NCBI RefSeq assembly: GCF_009834535.1
Contig: NC_045698.1
Location: 8,062,001-8,126,000 of the forward strand
Length of the DNA: 64,000 nucleotides
Source of the DNA: Camelus ferus
Lineage: Eukaryota
Direction of reading: 5' to 3'
Each line of letters starts with the position of its first letter. The first letter of the stretch is position 1. Shown here one piece after another: positions 38,701-51,200 of the stretch. The translations under genes were made by a program, and so were the position numbers. The notes under the pieces are model-generated. The model did not search any database, was not told the DNA's origin, and saw nothing but the letters and a program-made list of their open reading frames with translations.

Positions 38701-39647
38701 TCTACGAAGACAAACTCGTGGAGAAAGGTAACTGATCAGTCTGTCATCAGTGAGGAATCAGTCTGCCCTCTTCCCTCCTTGTTTTTGACTTTGCATCCCC
38801 CCACCCTCATCCCTCCTGCCAAGGAGCATCACATCCTGACAACTTCCTGAGGGCAACTGACAAGGCTCGGGGTTGCTACCCTCATTTCACGTTTCTTCCA
38901 AATACTTCACACTTTATGTTTACTTTCTCCTAATCTCTAGCGTAGTTTTAAAAGATGGTAGACAACAAAGGCAATGCTCTTCGGATTCAAAGGCTGTAAA
39001 ATCAGCCCTCGTTTCTCTTCTCCACTAGAAATACCTGCTTCACAGAGGTCTCTTTGGCAACTTTGACTTAGAAGATAAGATTCTGCCACGTCTTTCCAAC
39101 ACTCCATACCCAGTAACCATGGTCAGTTTGGGGGAGAGACTCACACTTTCTCTGTATTATTCCAGTGCTAAAAATTATGAATGTTGTCAAATGAAATATA
39201 AGTAAAAGTGAAAGAAGAAAGACGCTATAAAGTGAATTGTACTATTAGTAAATGGACTCAGACAGTGGCATGAAATAAGTTCCTGCAGGAGACCTACCAC
39301 CTCCAGGGGGTTTAAAATATACCACAGAGACTCTCGAATGACCTCACCGGGTAATCAGCTAGGGTATGAGCTTCTTTACGTAACAGAAGAAAGTTTTGCA
39401 AGGGCTTTTTTGAAATAAATATATGTCATATCTACAAAAGCCCCTAATGTTTAAATCTAATAACTTTATTAAAAACCTAAATTGACATTAGCTTGCCATT
39501 ACTCAGTCTCCATTAAAATATAGTGGTCTTTCACGGTCCTTACTTTCTTTTCAATGTGCTGACATATATTTTAATTAATGTTTTCCTGATTTTTTTTTTC
39601 CTAAAAGATAACTCTCAGGCATACTGATCACTAGTGTCCAGAATTAA

Positions 39648-39651
<4 letters not shown>

Positions 39652-39701
<50 letters not shown>

Positions 39702-39705
39702 TGTG
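39652..39705. repeat. (TG)23 microsatellite with short imperfect extension
   Basis: Perfect TG run 39652-39697, then tttgtgtg. Confidence 0.97.
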
Positions 39706-42046
39706 AAAATTGGGTATTTGCCAAGGTTCAACTCCTCTGGAACATCTTTTTGACTTCAAGATTTCTCAAATTATGTAGGCTCTGAGTTGTTTTTTTTTCT
39801 GCCCTCTTTTCTATCCCCTTTTCCCTTCCCTTCCCTTCCCTTCTTTAGACAAATCTGCAGGTTTCTGTAGACCCTCCAGGGGGAGCACAGAGAGAGGCAA
39901 AAGAGATCATACCAGAAACTGGAAGAAGGTTTTGAATTTTCCAGCAGTAAAAAGGGGAAAGGGTCTTCAGGTTGAGAAAAGGGCATGTGTAAAAGCAGCC
40001 TCGAAGGTCATGAAATTTCCCATAAAGGCAGCGTTCTGATCACACGGACAGTGGAACACAAGAGAAGGGCAGAGACAGGCTCTGAGACTTCAGGTGGTAA
40101 GAAGTTGCAAGGTCTTTTATTTCAGAGTATGCATTTGTATCTAGTCTGCAGGCAACAGAGCAGGAGTGAAAGCTACTAAGAAGGGGAGAGATGGGCTCAA
40201 GGTAGTTTCGACGATGGTGATTTTGGTGGCAGGGAGGAGGATGCATTGAACCAGAGAGCTGGGGTCAGTGGGACCGGGTGAAAGGCTTTGCATCTTTCCA
40301 GGTAGTGATGACAAGGGTCTGCATTAGCAGGAAGGCAGTGGGGTTGCAGCAGGAGGCCAGATGGGGAGGGTGTGTCAGGGATGAAGCCGACGGCCAATTC
40401 TGTCATTTGTGAGGAGGGGGACTTGAGGTCCCTGCTGAGGTTTTTAGCTTAGAAGTAGAAATCTGCACAGGGCACAGACTCGAGGAACCAGAACAGATTT
40501 AGGGTCTGTGGAGATAAGACATAAGGCTTTTGAGGGGTCAGGAACAATTATCCAATACACGCAAACATGGCGCCCAGGGAGAGAAGGGGACATAAGCTGG
40601 GCAGGCGGGCAGTGGGCAGGTAAGCAGATGGCAGCAGGGAATTCTGACCAGCAAGGAGCAAGGTCCTCACCCAGGACGGGAGTGCAGCCTCCACAAAGCG
40701 ACAGGAGTCACCAGAGCAGAGCAAACACCTTGCCTTCAGGGTGTTGAGATAAGGTGCTGCGTTTTCAAGGTGAGCTCAAGCCCTTGATTCAACTTGATGT
40801 TGTATCTTATGCGTTTGATGGCCGCCGTCGTCATGGTTTCTGACTACAGTCTGGGTTGATCCCAGTGCCTGGCGGGGCGAAGCCTGCCGGTGGGGGCAGG
40901 AGGCATTCTGGACAAGCCCAGGGAACCCGTTTTTTATGATTCTGTGCCAAATACCAACATGATCCAAAACAGCAATGAAGAACAATGCTCAACCTCTCTA
41001 CAGGTCTGTTCCCCATCGGGTCGAAATCCTGCCACACAGCACCTACACAACACTCCTCCCTGCATGCAGTGTTTCCCAGCTTAAAGCCTACCTAACTCGC
41101 ACCACGTGTAGCCACTTGAAACCCAGCCAGGAACCCCTGAAAGGGCGTGTAGCAGAAGGCGATCACGTGCTCTTCTGGTTGTTGAGATTTACTAAGGAGA
41201 CTTTTCCAATCGATTGCGATGACCATGGGAAGAAAATACGCTCTCTGCACTCACCACTCACCATCACCAGCGTTTGAGAATATCTCCTTTTGCTTCTCTT
41301 TTCCTGATCATGATGAAAAAACTAAATGGTGTCTATCCTAACACAGTCGGGGGCACATCAGGTTACTGGCAGCGGAGAGTTCTGGCTTTTTTGAAAAGAT
41401 GAAATCCCCAGGGCTTCTCAGCCTGAGGGCAGCCTGCCATTGGCCGCCACAGTGTGCCATTGACCGTGGAGAGGGTAACAGAATGGGAAAAAGTATAGTT
41501 GGTCCATTGTTTAAAAGGGACTCCAGACATCCTCATTGGCTGGGTGTTAATTGAAAGAAACCGTTTGTTTTGTGGTTAAGGTAGTTTGCTTCTGAAATTT
41601 GCTCAGAAATGGGGGCTGATTTCTCGGAAAACTGAAAGCCAAGTGTAATTTTTCCAGCTTTCAACCTCAGGACACATTATCCTTCTTCTTCTTCATTTTT
41701 TTTTTTTCTAAAGAGCAAAAGCCTTAAATGGAAATCAAAGTCTGAAGCAGAAGAACGAGCCCCTTTGCCTCGCTGGTGCTTAGCAAGAGCCCACACCACG
41801 CGCTTCCTTTCTTCTGAGAAACTGGTTCAAAGGTCAAGCCTAATGGAAATCTTCAGAAGTTTTATTTTCCTTTGCAGGCTTAATGAAAGGCTCAGAGCTT
41901 GACCCAATAAAATCTAGATTATGATGTAATCTCAGTTGTTGAGGGAACCGCCATGGTTTTTCCCTTTAAAATAATCATCTGTCTGCAGGAGATCAAAAGG
42001 CAGTGCCTTGATATTTCATTACAACAATGGATCAACACATCCATGT

Positions 42047-42085
42047 ATATATACACACACACACACACACACAAACACACATACA
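42047..42085. repeat. (TA)/(CA)n imperfect microsatellite
   Basis: atatatacacacacacacacacacacaaacacacatacat seen directly. Confidence 0.9.
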
Positions 42086-42899
42086 TCTTTATATCCTTTA
42101 TTTCCTATGACCTTAAAGATCCAAATATAAATTTTTTCTTTAGGTTTGAGCTATCATCATGCGTAATAGTACTCAACGATCAAAACACAGGATTAATACA
42201 GAATACACTATTTGATGTGCCACTACTAAACATAAAACATAATTTTATTTAAAACACATTCTTTAATGAGATGGATGTGGGGTTTAAAACATTAGTTTAT
42301 GACTCTGTGAATGAATGTTATTTTTTGCTAGAATGCGACAGATCACTACCAATCTTTCTATTTTTGGCTTTTACAGATGCGACTTTTGGGAAACTGTTCA
42401 CGCAAGTATGCAGTGAGGCTCAGGACGCATGCAAGGTTGGCCCTTCTTTGTAAAGAAGGCAGGGAGAGCTGAAAGAGAGGTGGGACAGAGAATGCGTGGA
42501 GGGCAGCGAGATGCTGGCGAAGGCGATTATCTTGAAACTGACTGTCCTGGAACGCCCTGAGGTCCTCACCCGGGGACACAGCACCTTTGCCTGAGAGCAG
42601 CCGGCCCAGGATGTAGGGGCTGCAACTCCTATTATTCCAAACCTCAGACAGCACAAGGCCAGCAGAGACGGTATTGCTGCTGCCTTCAGGGTGTGTCTTA
42701 GTTTCTTGCTCCTGCCTCCCAAAGGCTCCAATTAGCTGTGTGGCCCCACACCCCAGATACCCCGTGCTCCCTGACAGCTTAGCCCCAGACTCTCCATCAG
42801 GGGTGCAAACTCCACAAAAACATATGAGACATAGCAAGGCCTTTTCTTAATGAGCCAGAAACGAGGATGGCTGAGCAACACGGACCTTCAGGTCACTGA

Positions 42900-43012
42900 C
42901 CTTCTTAACTTTAGTGCAAAATCCATCACCAGGGATCTTGTTAAAATGCAGACTGTGGTCAGTAGGTCTGGGGTGGGGGCTGGGACTCTGCGTTTCTAAA
43001 GGACTTCCCCTT
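42900..43012. mobile_element. MER5A fragment
   Basis: Motif atcaccagggatcttgttaaaatgcaga...cagtaggtctggggtggggg.tggga.tctgcgtttctaa. Confidence 0.75.
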
Positions 43013-44065
43013 GGGAGGCAATCTGGTGGAGAGAATGGTCTTACATCCAGCTCATCTTGGACCAGGGGTGCGTGGCAGATGTATTGAGGAGGGCCACCTG
43101 ATTTACCAGGAGCAGTGCACAAGGCGTGACTGAATCACAAAAGAGCAGGAAATGCCTTCCTCCGTGATGAGAGGGCTCAGGCAAGAGGGGGATGCTACGG
43201 GCTGAAACTAATCCGAGAGACTGGATGTGGCTGAGTATGACCCCGGGGCTGGTGGAGGTCAAGGGCAGTCAGGGAAGGGAAAAGAGAGGGGAAATAATAA
43301 GGATCTGAGCAAATCCAAGCGAGTCTGGCACGATTCACTCAGATGACCTGAGCTCGCTGAGGAAGGCTTGGGGGGAGAAAAAAGAGACATTAGGAGGATC
43401 TGGCTGGGATTAGGGAAGAGGGAGGAACAGCTGGGTATCTCTGAAAGGCAAGCTGAAAATGTTGACAGTTTTAAAGGGGATAACATCATCTCGTAAACTC
43501 CAATATTTGGAGAATAAATCATCAGAGAAAAGGGTTCCCTGGAAAGAACAGTTGAAAACAATCCATGAGGGGATGGTTAAGTAAACGGGTCCAACAGAGA
43601 CTATGGACGCAGCAATTAACTGAATAAAAGCAGTCTATATATTCTGACAGAAAAGATGACCAAGACATATTATGTGAATAAAAGAAAGTCGTGAATAATA
43701 AAGATATGGTACAATTATTGCAGAAATTTAAGAAAGAAATTAGTGTGAGAAAACTTTTAAAAAGTAAATTACATCTTCACAAATCCACACTGTAACATTT
43801 TGAAAAGTGAATTTAAATTCTGTTGATCCTATCATCAATGATATTGAACACCTGGATTCCTCAAGCCAGACTTTTCATCAAATGAAAGAAAACTCTAAGG
43901 CAGCAAAACTCAAAAGATCCTCGTGCCTGACTATGCCACCACTACAATACAAAGAAAAGCACACTTGCAAGGTCAAATACGATTAATGTCTTAATGTCAT
44001 AACTTGATTTCTAACTTCTGCAATAAACCAGATGTGGTATTTGAGAGAAGTTTCTCACTACAGAT

Positions 44066-44190
44066 CAGTGACTCAGACTTTAATGTGCGTAGAAATCACT
44101 TGGTGTCTTGTTAAAATGCAGATCCTTACACAGTAAATGCATTTCTAACTGGCACGCAGGTCCTGGACCGCCGTTTGGATAACAAGGCTC
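44066..44190. mobile_element. MER5A-like fragment with internal deletion
   Basis: Motif aatcacttgg...cttgttaaaatgcagat...tgcatttctaac...ggaccgccgtttgga, followed by ctctagag. Confidence 0.65.
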
Positions 44191-44610
44191 TAGAGAAGGA
44201 GCTGAAAAGTTTACGTTCAGGTCATTTTAGCGTTTGTAATTTTTTTAAGTATAAAGATATATTCTAATATAAAATTCAAGATGTGGTGGATTGGATACTT
44301 TATTTCAGTGATTTTAAAACTAGAGAAATGAAAGGGGAAAAAGTCAGTGATTCTTATTTTGTAGAAATCATGCATCTCCACAAGTGGGTTATGTCCAATT
44401 TTTCAAAGCACTACTGATTCACTGTGTTGGGTTGATTCAGTCGTATGTCCAGTGATTTATGTGTAAAACCAGTACAACGACTCTTTTATTTCAAATCTCA
44501 CTTTCCATAAACCTATACAAACCTTTACAAATTTAGAGAAGATAAACAGATGTTGACTTGCATGTTCTATTTTAAATGTTATACAAAATTCATCTTCAGA
44601 AAAAGGTACA

Positions 44611-44755
44611 TCTTTTTGCTTTTGGAGGGGGGAGGTAATTAGGTCGGTTTGTTTGTTTATTCATTTTAATGGAGGTGCTGGGGATTGAACCCGGGGCATT
44701 GTGCATGCTAAGCACGCGCTCTACCACTGAGCCACGCCCTACCTCTCTCCCACTT
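44611..44755 (-). mobile_element. Camelid tRNA-Ala-derived SINE (vic-1 type)
   Basis: Minus strand GGCGTGGCTCAGTGGTAGAGCGCGTGCTTAGCATGCAC..CCCGGGTTCAATCCCCAGCACCTCCATTAAAATGAATAAACAAAC..CCTAATTACCTCCCCCC, with Pol III A and B boxes. TSD aaaaggtaca at 44601-44610 and 44758-44767. Confidence 0.88.
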
Positions 44756-45006
44756 AGAAAAGGTACAACCATATGGGCAAAATGACTGCCCAGATAAACT
44801 TATCTCTTGGGCCTTCTGAGAGTGACGATTGTACCCCCAAAGGCCCTCCTTTGGGGACACACGTGCGTAGATGACACAGAATCTCACCACAGCTGAATGC
44901 CTTTGGGGTTCCTGCTGACCTGAGGGCAGCCCTGCCTGCGAGCTCTGCCTAGTGTGTTTCATCTTGGACACTCACCCACTCACTGGTGGCTCCAAACACA
45001 GCCTCT

Positions 45007-45348
45007 TGGATTAGTCTCCTGGGGCCACCGTAACAAAAACCACAGGCTGGGAACTGATTTTCTCACAGTTCTGGAGGCTAGAAATCCAAGATCAAGGCAC
45101 AGGCAGGTTTGGTTTCCCCCAAGGCCTCTCTCCTTGGCTTCCAGATAGCTTTCTCCCTGTGTCCTCACGTGATCTTTTCTCTTGTAAGGACACCAGTCCT
45201 TAGTGGATGAGGGTCCTACCCCGATGGCTTCATTTTAACTCAGTCACCTCTTTAAAGACCACCTCTCCATACTACCGTCACGTTCTGAGCTCCTGGGGGC
45301 TGGGACTTCAACACAGGAATCTGGGGAGACACATTTCAGCCCACAACA
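45007..45348 (-). mobile_element. MaLR solo LTR (MLT1A-like)
   Basis: Motifs ttctcacagttctggaggctagaaatccaagatcaagg, aggcctctctccttggctt, gacacatttcagcccacaaca. 5-bp TSD cctct/gctct. Confidence 0.88.
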
Positions 45349-47304
45349 GCTCTCTTGAGCAAGTCTGCATTCAAGGCACCATAGAGTGACCCACAGCTGA
45401 AGAGAGATGCAGAGAAGAGGACAGGGGCAGCCCTGACAGTCAGTGCTAAGAGACAGGACGGGAAAGGGGTCAGAGGGAAGCAGGGGCAGGGGCAGCGTGG
45501 CTGAGGCCCCGCACCCCAGAGCTCTGTGCCAGGGCCCAGCAAACGCCGACTTTGCAGCGCCATCCACACTCAGGGCTCCTGCCATGGCCCCAAAGCAGCT
45601 TTTGTATCCAGAACCGTGACCTGGGTTTCAATGAGACCTGCCTGGCTGGGGCTGCTGCAACGGCTTCCTGTCTCTTTCATGCCCCTCTGGAAACTTACAA
45701 CAAGCTCCTATTGACGGAGATAACCACAGCGCATTTTCATTCCTTGCAATTTGAAAGTGCTTACTGCAGCGAGTGAGCTAATGCTGGATGGTACCTACCA
45801 GCGCTTCAGGAGATGGTGTGGCTTGAACGAGATGCACCTTCTATGGGGATGTATCTAAGGGTCTTTCTATATGTCACTGCTTTGCCTTCATTTTCAAAAA
45901 AAAATTTATTAAAGCAATAGCGTAGGTAATCAAACGGAAACTCCTTTCCTTTTTAACGGATACAAATGAAAATCTATACTCATCAAGGGTCCGCAGCTAC
46001 TTAAACAGAGCAGGACTAGCCTGTGTGTGCATACACACTGCTTAGCAGACACGCCCAGATTCCGAGTTACGGCTGCTTTCACAATATTAGCAATACTGCC
46101 TGTTACTTTCACACTGATTTATGGTAAATTTAAGCCTGTTAATGTTTCAATAATCTTCAAAACAAAGCCCAGCACAAATCTGGTGAGGCCCCCCGCAGAA
46201 ACATTTCAGTTCATCTAAGAGAGTTCATGTTTTATATTTTCTTCTTTAAAGTCAGAAGCATTTTTACTGCAGTATAGGCATTAACTGCCACTTATCTTAA
46301 TGAGTTCTTTTCTAATATAAAATAGCCTGGCTTGAAATACAGCAGACTTCTTTGTCAGGAAGAGATAGGGACAGGAGTTCTGCTGGTTCCTGGGAGAAAT
46401 GGGATGCTTTTTCTTTTCGATCTATTTTTTTGTGTGTGTTGGTTGAAAGCGTTCTGGTTTAGGGCCTTTGAGGTATGAGCTGCCTTCATCTTCAGTGTGA
46501 GGGAAAATTAACCCCAGCAGAAGTCACAGAACAGAACTTTGGCTCTGAAAGCAAAAGCCACAATAGGAGCTCCTGAGGTTCTGAAAACAGAATTATGTGG
46601 TAGCTGGCAGAACCAGTTCCTAAGGGCAATTTTTAAATAAAAATGTAGCAGATAGTTTTTGTTTACTTTTGATTTATTTTTAAGCTCATATGATTTTTAA
46701 ATATTATTTTTTATTTATTTCTTAGTTAATATTTCTACCTCCTCTCTCCTATCCCAAAGTTTCTAGTGTCCAGAATGGTGCTGGCTGGCTGTTGGGACTC
46801 AATAAATATTTGTTAAATGACTGAATGGATTTCTGAAAGAGAATATTTTAAACTTATCACCATTTGGCAATATATTTCAAATAATAATAATAGCTATTTT
46901 TATTCTGTGGAATAATACTGTGCCATCTAATTGAAAAAGCTACCTCCATTTATGAGTTTAACTGAGTCTTACAGCTCATATACTAGGTAATATATGATTG
47001 TAATATATTATTATTTTTATTTTATCATAAGAAAATGTGGGCAAGAGATTAAAGAGCTTACTTAGGTAAGTAAGCATTTGGGAAGTAATAAATGGCATGA
47101 GACACTGTAAGTTCTCCTTAAAAATGGGCTTTCGAGCTTCCCACAAAGTGGCAGAAGGCACTGTTTGCAAAGGGGTCAGGCTCAAGGTCAACGCAGATCA
47201 GTGACTTCTATTCACTCTTCCTCCCTGTGGTCCCATCTGCGGCTCCTCCCTTGGTTTCCATCACTAGGGCCTGGGCAACATTTAGCTGGCTGTTTCATTT
47301 TCTT

Positions 47305-47733
47305 TCCTTTTTTATTGCAGTAAAATAAACATAATATAAAATTTACCATTTGCACCGTTCTTATGTCTACAGTTCAGTGTATGCTGCCGTGCAGCCATCA
47401 GCACCATCCCTGGGAGGAACTTTTGCATCATCCCAAACAGAAACTCTATCCCTTAAACATCAGTTTGCCAACTCCTCCTCCTCACCCCTGGTCACCAGAA
47501 CTCTAACTTCTGTCTCTCTGTTTCTGACTACTCTGGGGACCTCACACAAGTGGAATCATACAGGGTCAGTCTTTTCATGTCTGGCTTACTTCACTTAGCG
47601 TGATGTCTCTATGATTCATCCGTGTTGTAACACGTGTCAGGATTTCCTCCCTTTTTAAGGCTGAATAATATTCCATCATGTATATAGATCACATTCTGTT
47701 AATCCATTCATTCTTAGATGGATGCTTGGGTTT
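47305..47733 (-). mobile_element. L1MB-type 3' end
   Basis: Motifs gtaaaataaacataatataaaatttaccat, catcatcccaaacagaaactct, gtggaatcataca, ctttttaaggctgaataatattccat. Confidence 0.85.
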
Positions 47734-47799
47734 AAACAAGAAAAGGTGAAAGGGTTTTCTCAGAAGGTATTGGAAGGACGTTTGACAACCTTGGTGAGA

Positions 47800-48222
47800 T
47801 GACCAGTCAGATTAGGCATCACAAATCATCCTACAACTCAATGGCTGAGAACAATCATCATCATTAATTATCTCATGGTTTCTTTTACAGTAATTCAAGA
47901 CAGGGAACAGGAACATCTACTCCACGATGTCTGGGATCTAAGCTGGAAGACCCAAAGGCATGACTGGCACTGGGGGATTTGCTCTGCAAGTGGCTCACAT
48001 GGGTGGCAAGCTGGTTCCTCCCATGTTGGCCTCGCCACTGGGATGCTTGAGGGCCCTAGGAAGCTGAACTGGCCTCCCTACCTGCAGGAGTCACACAGTG
48101 CCACCCCTGCAGTACACCACTGGTCACAGAGGCCAGCTCTGACTCAGTGTGGGAGAGGCCACACAAAGGGGTGAGCGGCAGGAGAGAGGGTGCTTGGGGC
48201 CATCTTGGAAACTGGCTACTGC
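47800..48222 (-). mobile_element. MaLR LTR (MLT1G/H-like)
   Basis: Motifs ctccacgatgtctggga.ct.agctggaagac, cagtgtgggagagg.cacacaaagggg, ggggccatcttggaaactggcta. Confidence 0.7.
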
Positions 48223-51200
48223 AAACCAGTATCTGTTAATTATATAAAGTATGCTAATTATTTGGAGATTTTTTCAGAAATGATTAATATTTTAGAATAC
48301 TGCTCCTTTGAAAACCTTGAAAATATTCAGAAGAAATATATAATTCTAGTCATTCAGAAAATACATTCAAAAAAGTATATACAGGCAAAGATAATGAGGC
48401 AAAAGGCCAGGATTTTTTTTTTTTTTTTACATTCACTGGGATAATAGTGAGCATCACAAGCTAATTTTACATTACCTGTTTGTTCAGAGATATGATTTCT
48501 GCTATACTGTGGTTCTAAGCCAGTGGTTTCCAAACATTTGTCTGAAACCAGCTTTGATATTTTTTCATAGGGGCCCTGTTATACAATTGAAAAGACTGTC
48601 CTGTCTTCCAAGATTATTTCCTGTCTGCCTTTCCTGAGTGTCAAAAAGTGACTGGAGGAGGCTGTTTGCAAAGTGAAAGCCGGGCCACCGTAGGCTGGCA
48701 CCCACGTGTCTTTTGGAATGTACGCAGTGTACGGAGTCCAGAAATGTTGGGAATCACTGCACTGCACGTCACAGTCATGGGGAACCACCCCGGGGCTCAC
48801 CGTTGCATGCCAGTACAGAGCAGCTGAGGGCAGACTCAGACCCTCACTTTGGGGCCCTCTATTGCAAACGGCCCAATTATCAAACACAATCAGAGTTTTC
48901 TTGGTGTGGTGGCTTCAGCTCTAAAGAAGCCTCCAAAACTGGTGGCCCAAGGGCCACGTTCCAGGTAAGGGCCACGTTAAGGTAGTTGAACGTGATTTCA
49001 GTAGATGAAAGAATTTAAGTTACGAGATTTGTAACGTATCGTGAACAATGGAAATACCAGTTCAGAATGTACTTGTCTTACTATAAAATGCTCGTCTTCT
49101 CTCTCCAGATGTCAGTACCTCTGAATTAATGAGCACTACTAGCTGCAAAACATCTCAAGAAGCAACGGAAATTAATTTCCATTAGTTACAGACTAACAAT
49201 CAGCTACCACTGGCCTTGTAAGACAGTAAAGTTTTGAAGGCTCCATTTTTGTCCTCAATTAAATGTTCAAAGTCAGATGGTGGAAGAAAAGGGACTTACG
49301 ACATCCAGAAAAATATTAAAACTGGTCTGCATGTGAAATGACCCAAGAGGATTTCAGATTTTCATCTGTGGTGGGAAAAACCGGGAGGGCTTTGGGATGG
49401 ATTAATTGAGGCATAGGCATAAGCCAACTCATAAAGAATGGAAATTCTTTTAATTACAATGGTCAAGTTCTCTGAGAAGCACGGAGCCCTTTAAAATAGC
49501 ACATGATTTCAAAAGGTTGAGCAGTTATGTGGGATTAACTACGTAAACAAACAGCCACGATGTACTTTCCGATATTCTCACAGCTACTGAGATGAATGCA
49601 CGTTTCAGGAAGGAAAACAAACCTTGCGGGTCTCCAGTTGGGTGAGTTTGTATTTTTAGTTTTCAACATTCTATCAACATTGACTTAAAGAATGGGACAT
49701 GTTTAGAATGATTTTTTTTTTAAGTGGTAAAACAAAATAAAAGCAAAGCACAAGGGCTGGGGAAGCAGACTGATGGATGGATAAACGGACAAGAAGCAAA
49801 ATCAATACCTCGTTCCTGTGAGTCTTTGGTCGCATTAATAATCATGCGTTTATGTAAGTTTTGCAGGTCTCATCTCTGGATAAGTGTGTGCAGAGCCAGT
49901 AAACAAATAGATAATTTATGTATATCTACATGTGCACACGTAATATATGTGTGTATATATACACCCTGTCTACATATATGTATACACATAATCTATGTGG
50001 CATATCCGTAGATGCCACTTAATAAAATCAAACCTAGGGCTGTCCACGTTCCCCCTTGAAGAAGACAGGCCTTGAGGAATGACTGACCAAGTCAGCCAGT
50101 TCCATCACCCTGAGTTATCCTGGTATCTCTTTTCCTGGAGGGGGTTTCCACTCATCAGAACCCACCTTGGGGAAGATGGATACTGTCATTCACGTTTATA
50201 ATCTTATTCAATACTGGACCCACAAAACTCTTCTCTGAGTCTTTTTCAAGCACAAACCATTCTTTTGATTCCTTCGCACCACCTCCCAGAATTCTAAAAA
50301 GTATCAGGAGGGGAGTGAGTAGGGAGCAGTCAGATGTGAAATGAAGGCAGCGGCACCAAGAGGGAGCCTTGGGACTCTGGAGCTTCCATCCCGGGTCTGC
50401 AGACCCCTCGAAGTCCCCCTGAGGTTCCAGGGAAAGAGGCGCCCTAATTTTTGGTTCTCAGCTTGTTTCTAATATTCACTGTTTTTAATATTCACACTCC
50501 TTTGGGCTCCTAAATGTCTGATCGTTTCTTTCACGATGAAGATAGAGATACTTCCTCCCTCTCACCCGTAGCTTCCTGTGTTGGGAGTTCTGCTTCATCG
50601 TAAAGAACCGGTAAAGGAATAACTTCACCTGCCAAGATTCTACTTTTCAGTGTGAGAATCTAAATCTAGTAGATAACACATGTACACAAAGACAGAGACC
50701 CGGTTATCAGTGAGACAACAGAGATTAACTTTAAAGCAGGAAGTACTATGAATTACTAGCTAAAGTAATAAACTGAAAGCATCACAATAACACTGCAAAT
50801 GAACAGTTTTACTTAGGATTTCAATAACCAATGCCTTGAAACCATCAATTATCTTAATGCTATCACTGTACTCAATCACTGTGGGGGGAGGGGGCTTAAA
50901 AATTAAGACTACGGATGCTTGATGTTTCTCAGAGTTCTGACTTCTAGGGACCCAAGGTCCCCTGGTGCTGGATGGTGTCATCAGAGTTAATCTGCCCTCT
51001 AAACCTATTTGGTAAAGATTCCATGATAATTTAATTACTGAATGGGACTTCTCAGCTACTTTGAATCAGGGGAAAAATAATCCTTCTGTTTCTGAACAGG
51101 GCGTGTAGTTAGCTTTAGGTAGAGGGGTTAAAGGCAAGTGTGATACATGTGATCTGGTAAATCATCAGAGATACAAGTTAGTGACCAAAGACAAATATTC

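Noticed and set aside
44668..44745. tRNA-Ala gene
   Set aside because: It is the tRNA-derived head of a SINE, followed by the SINE tail and bounded by TSDs.
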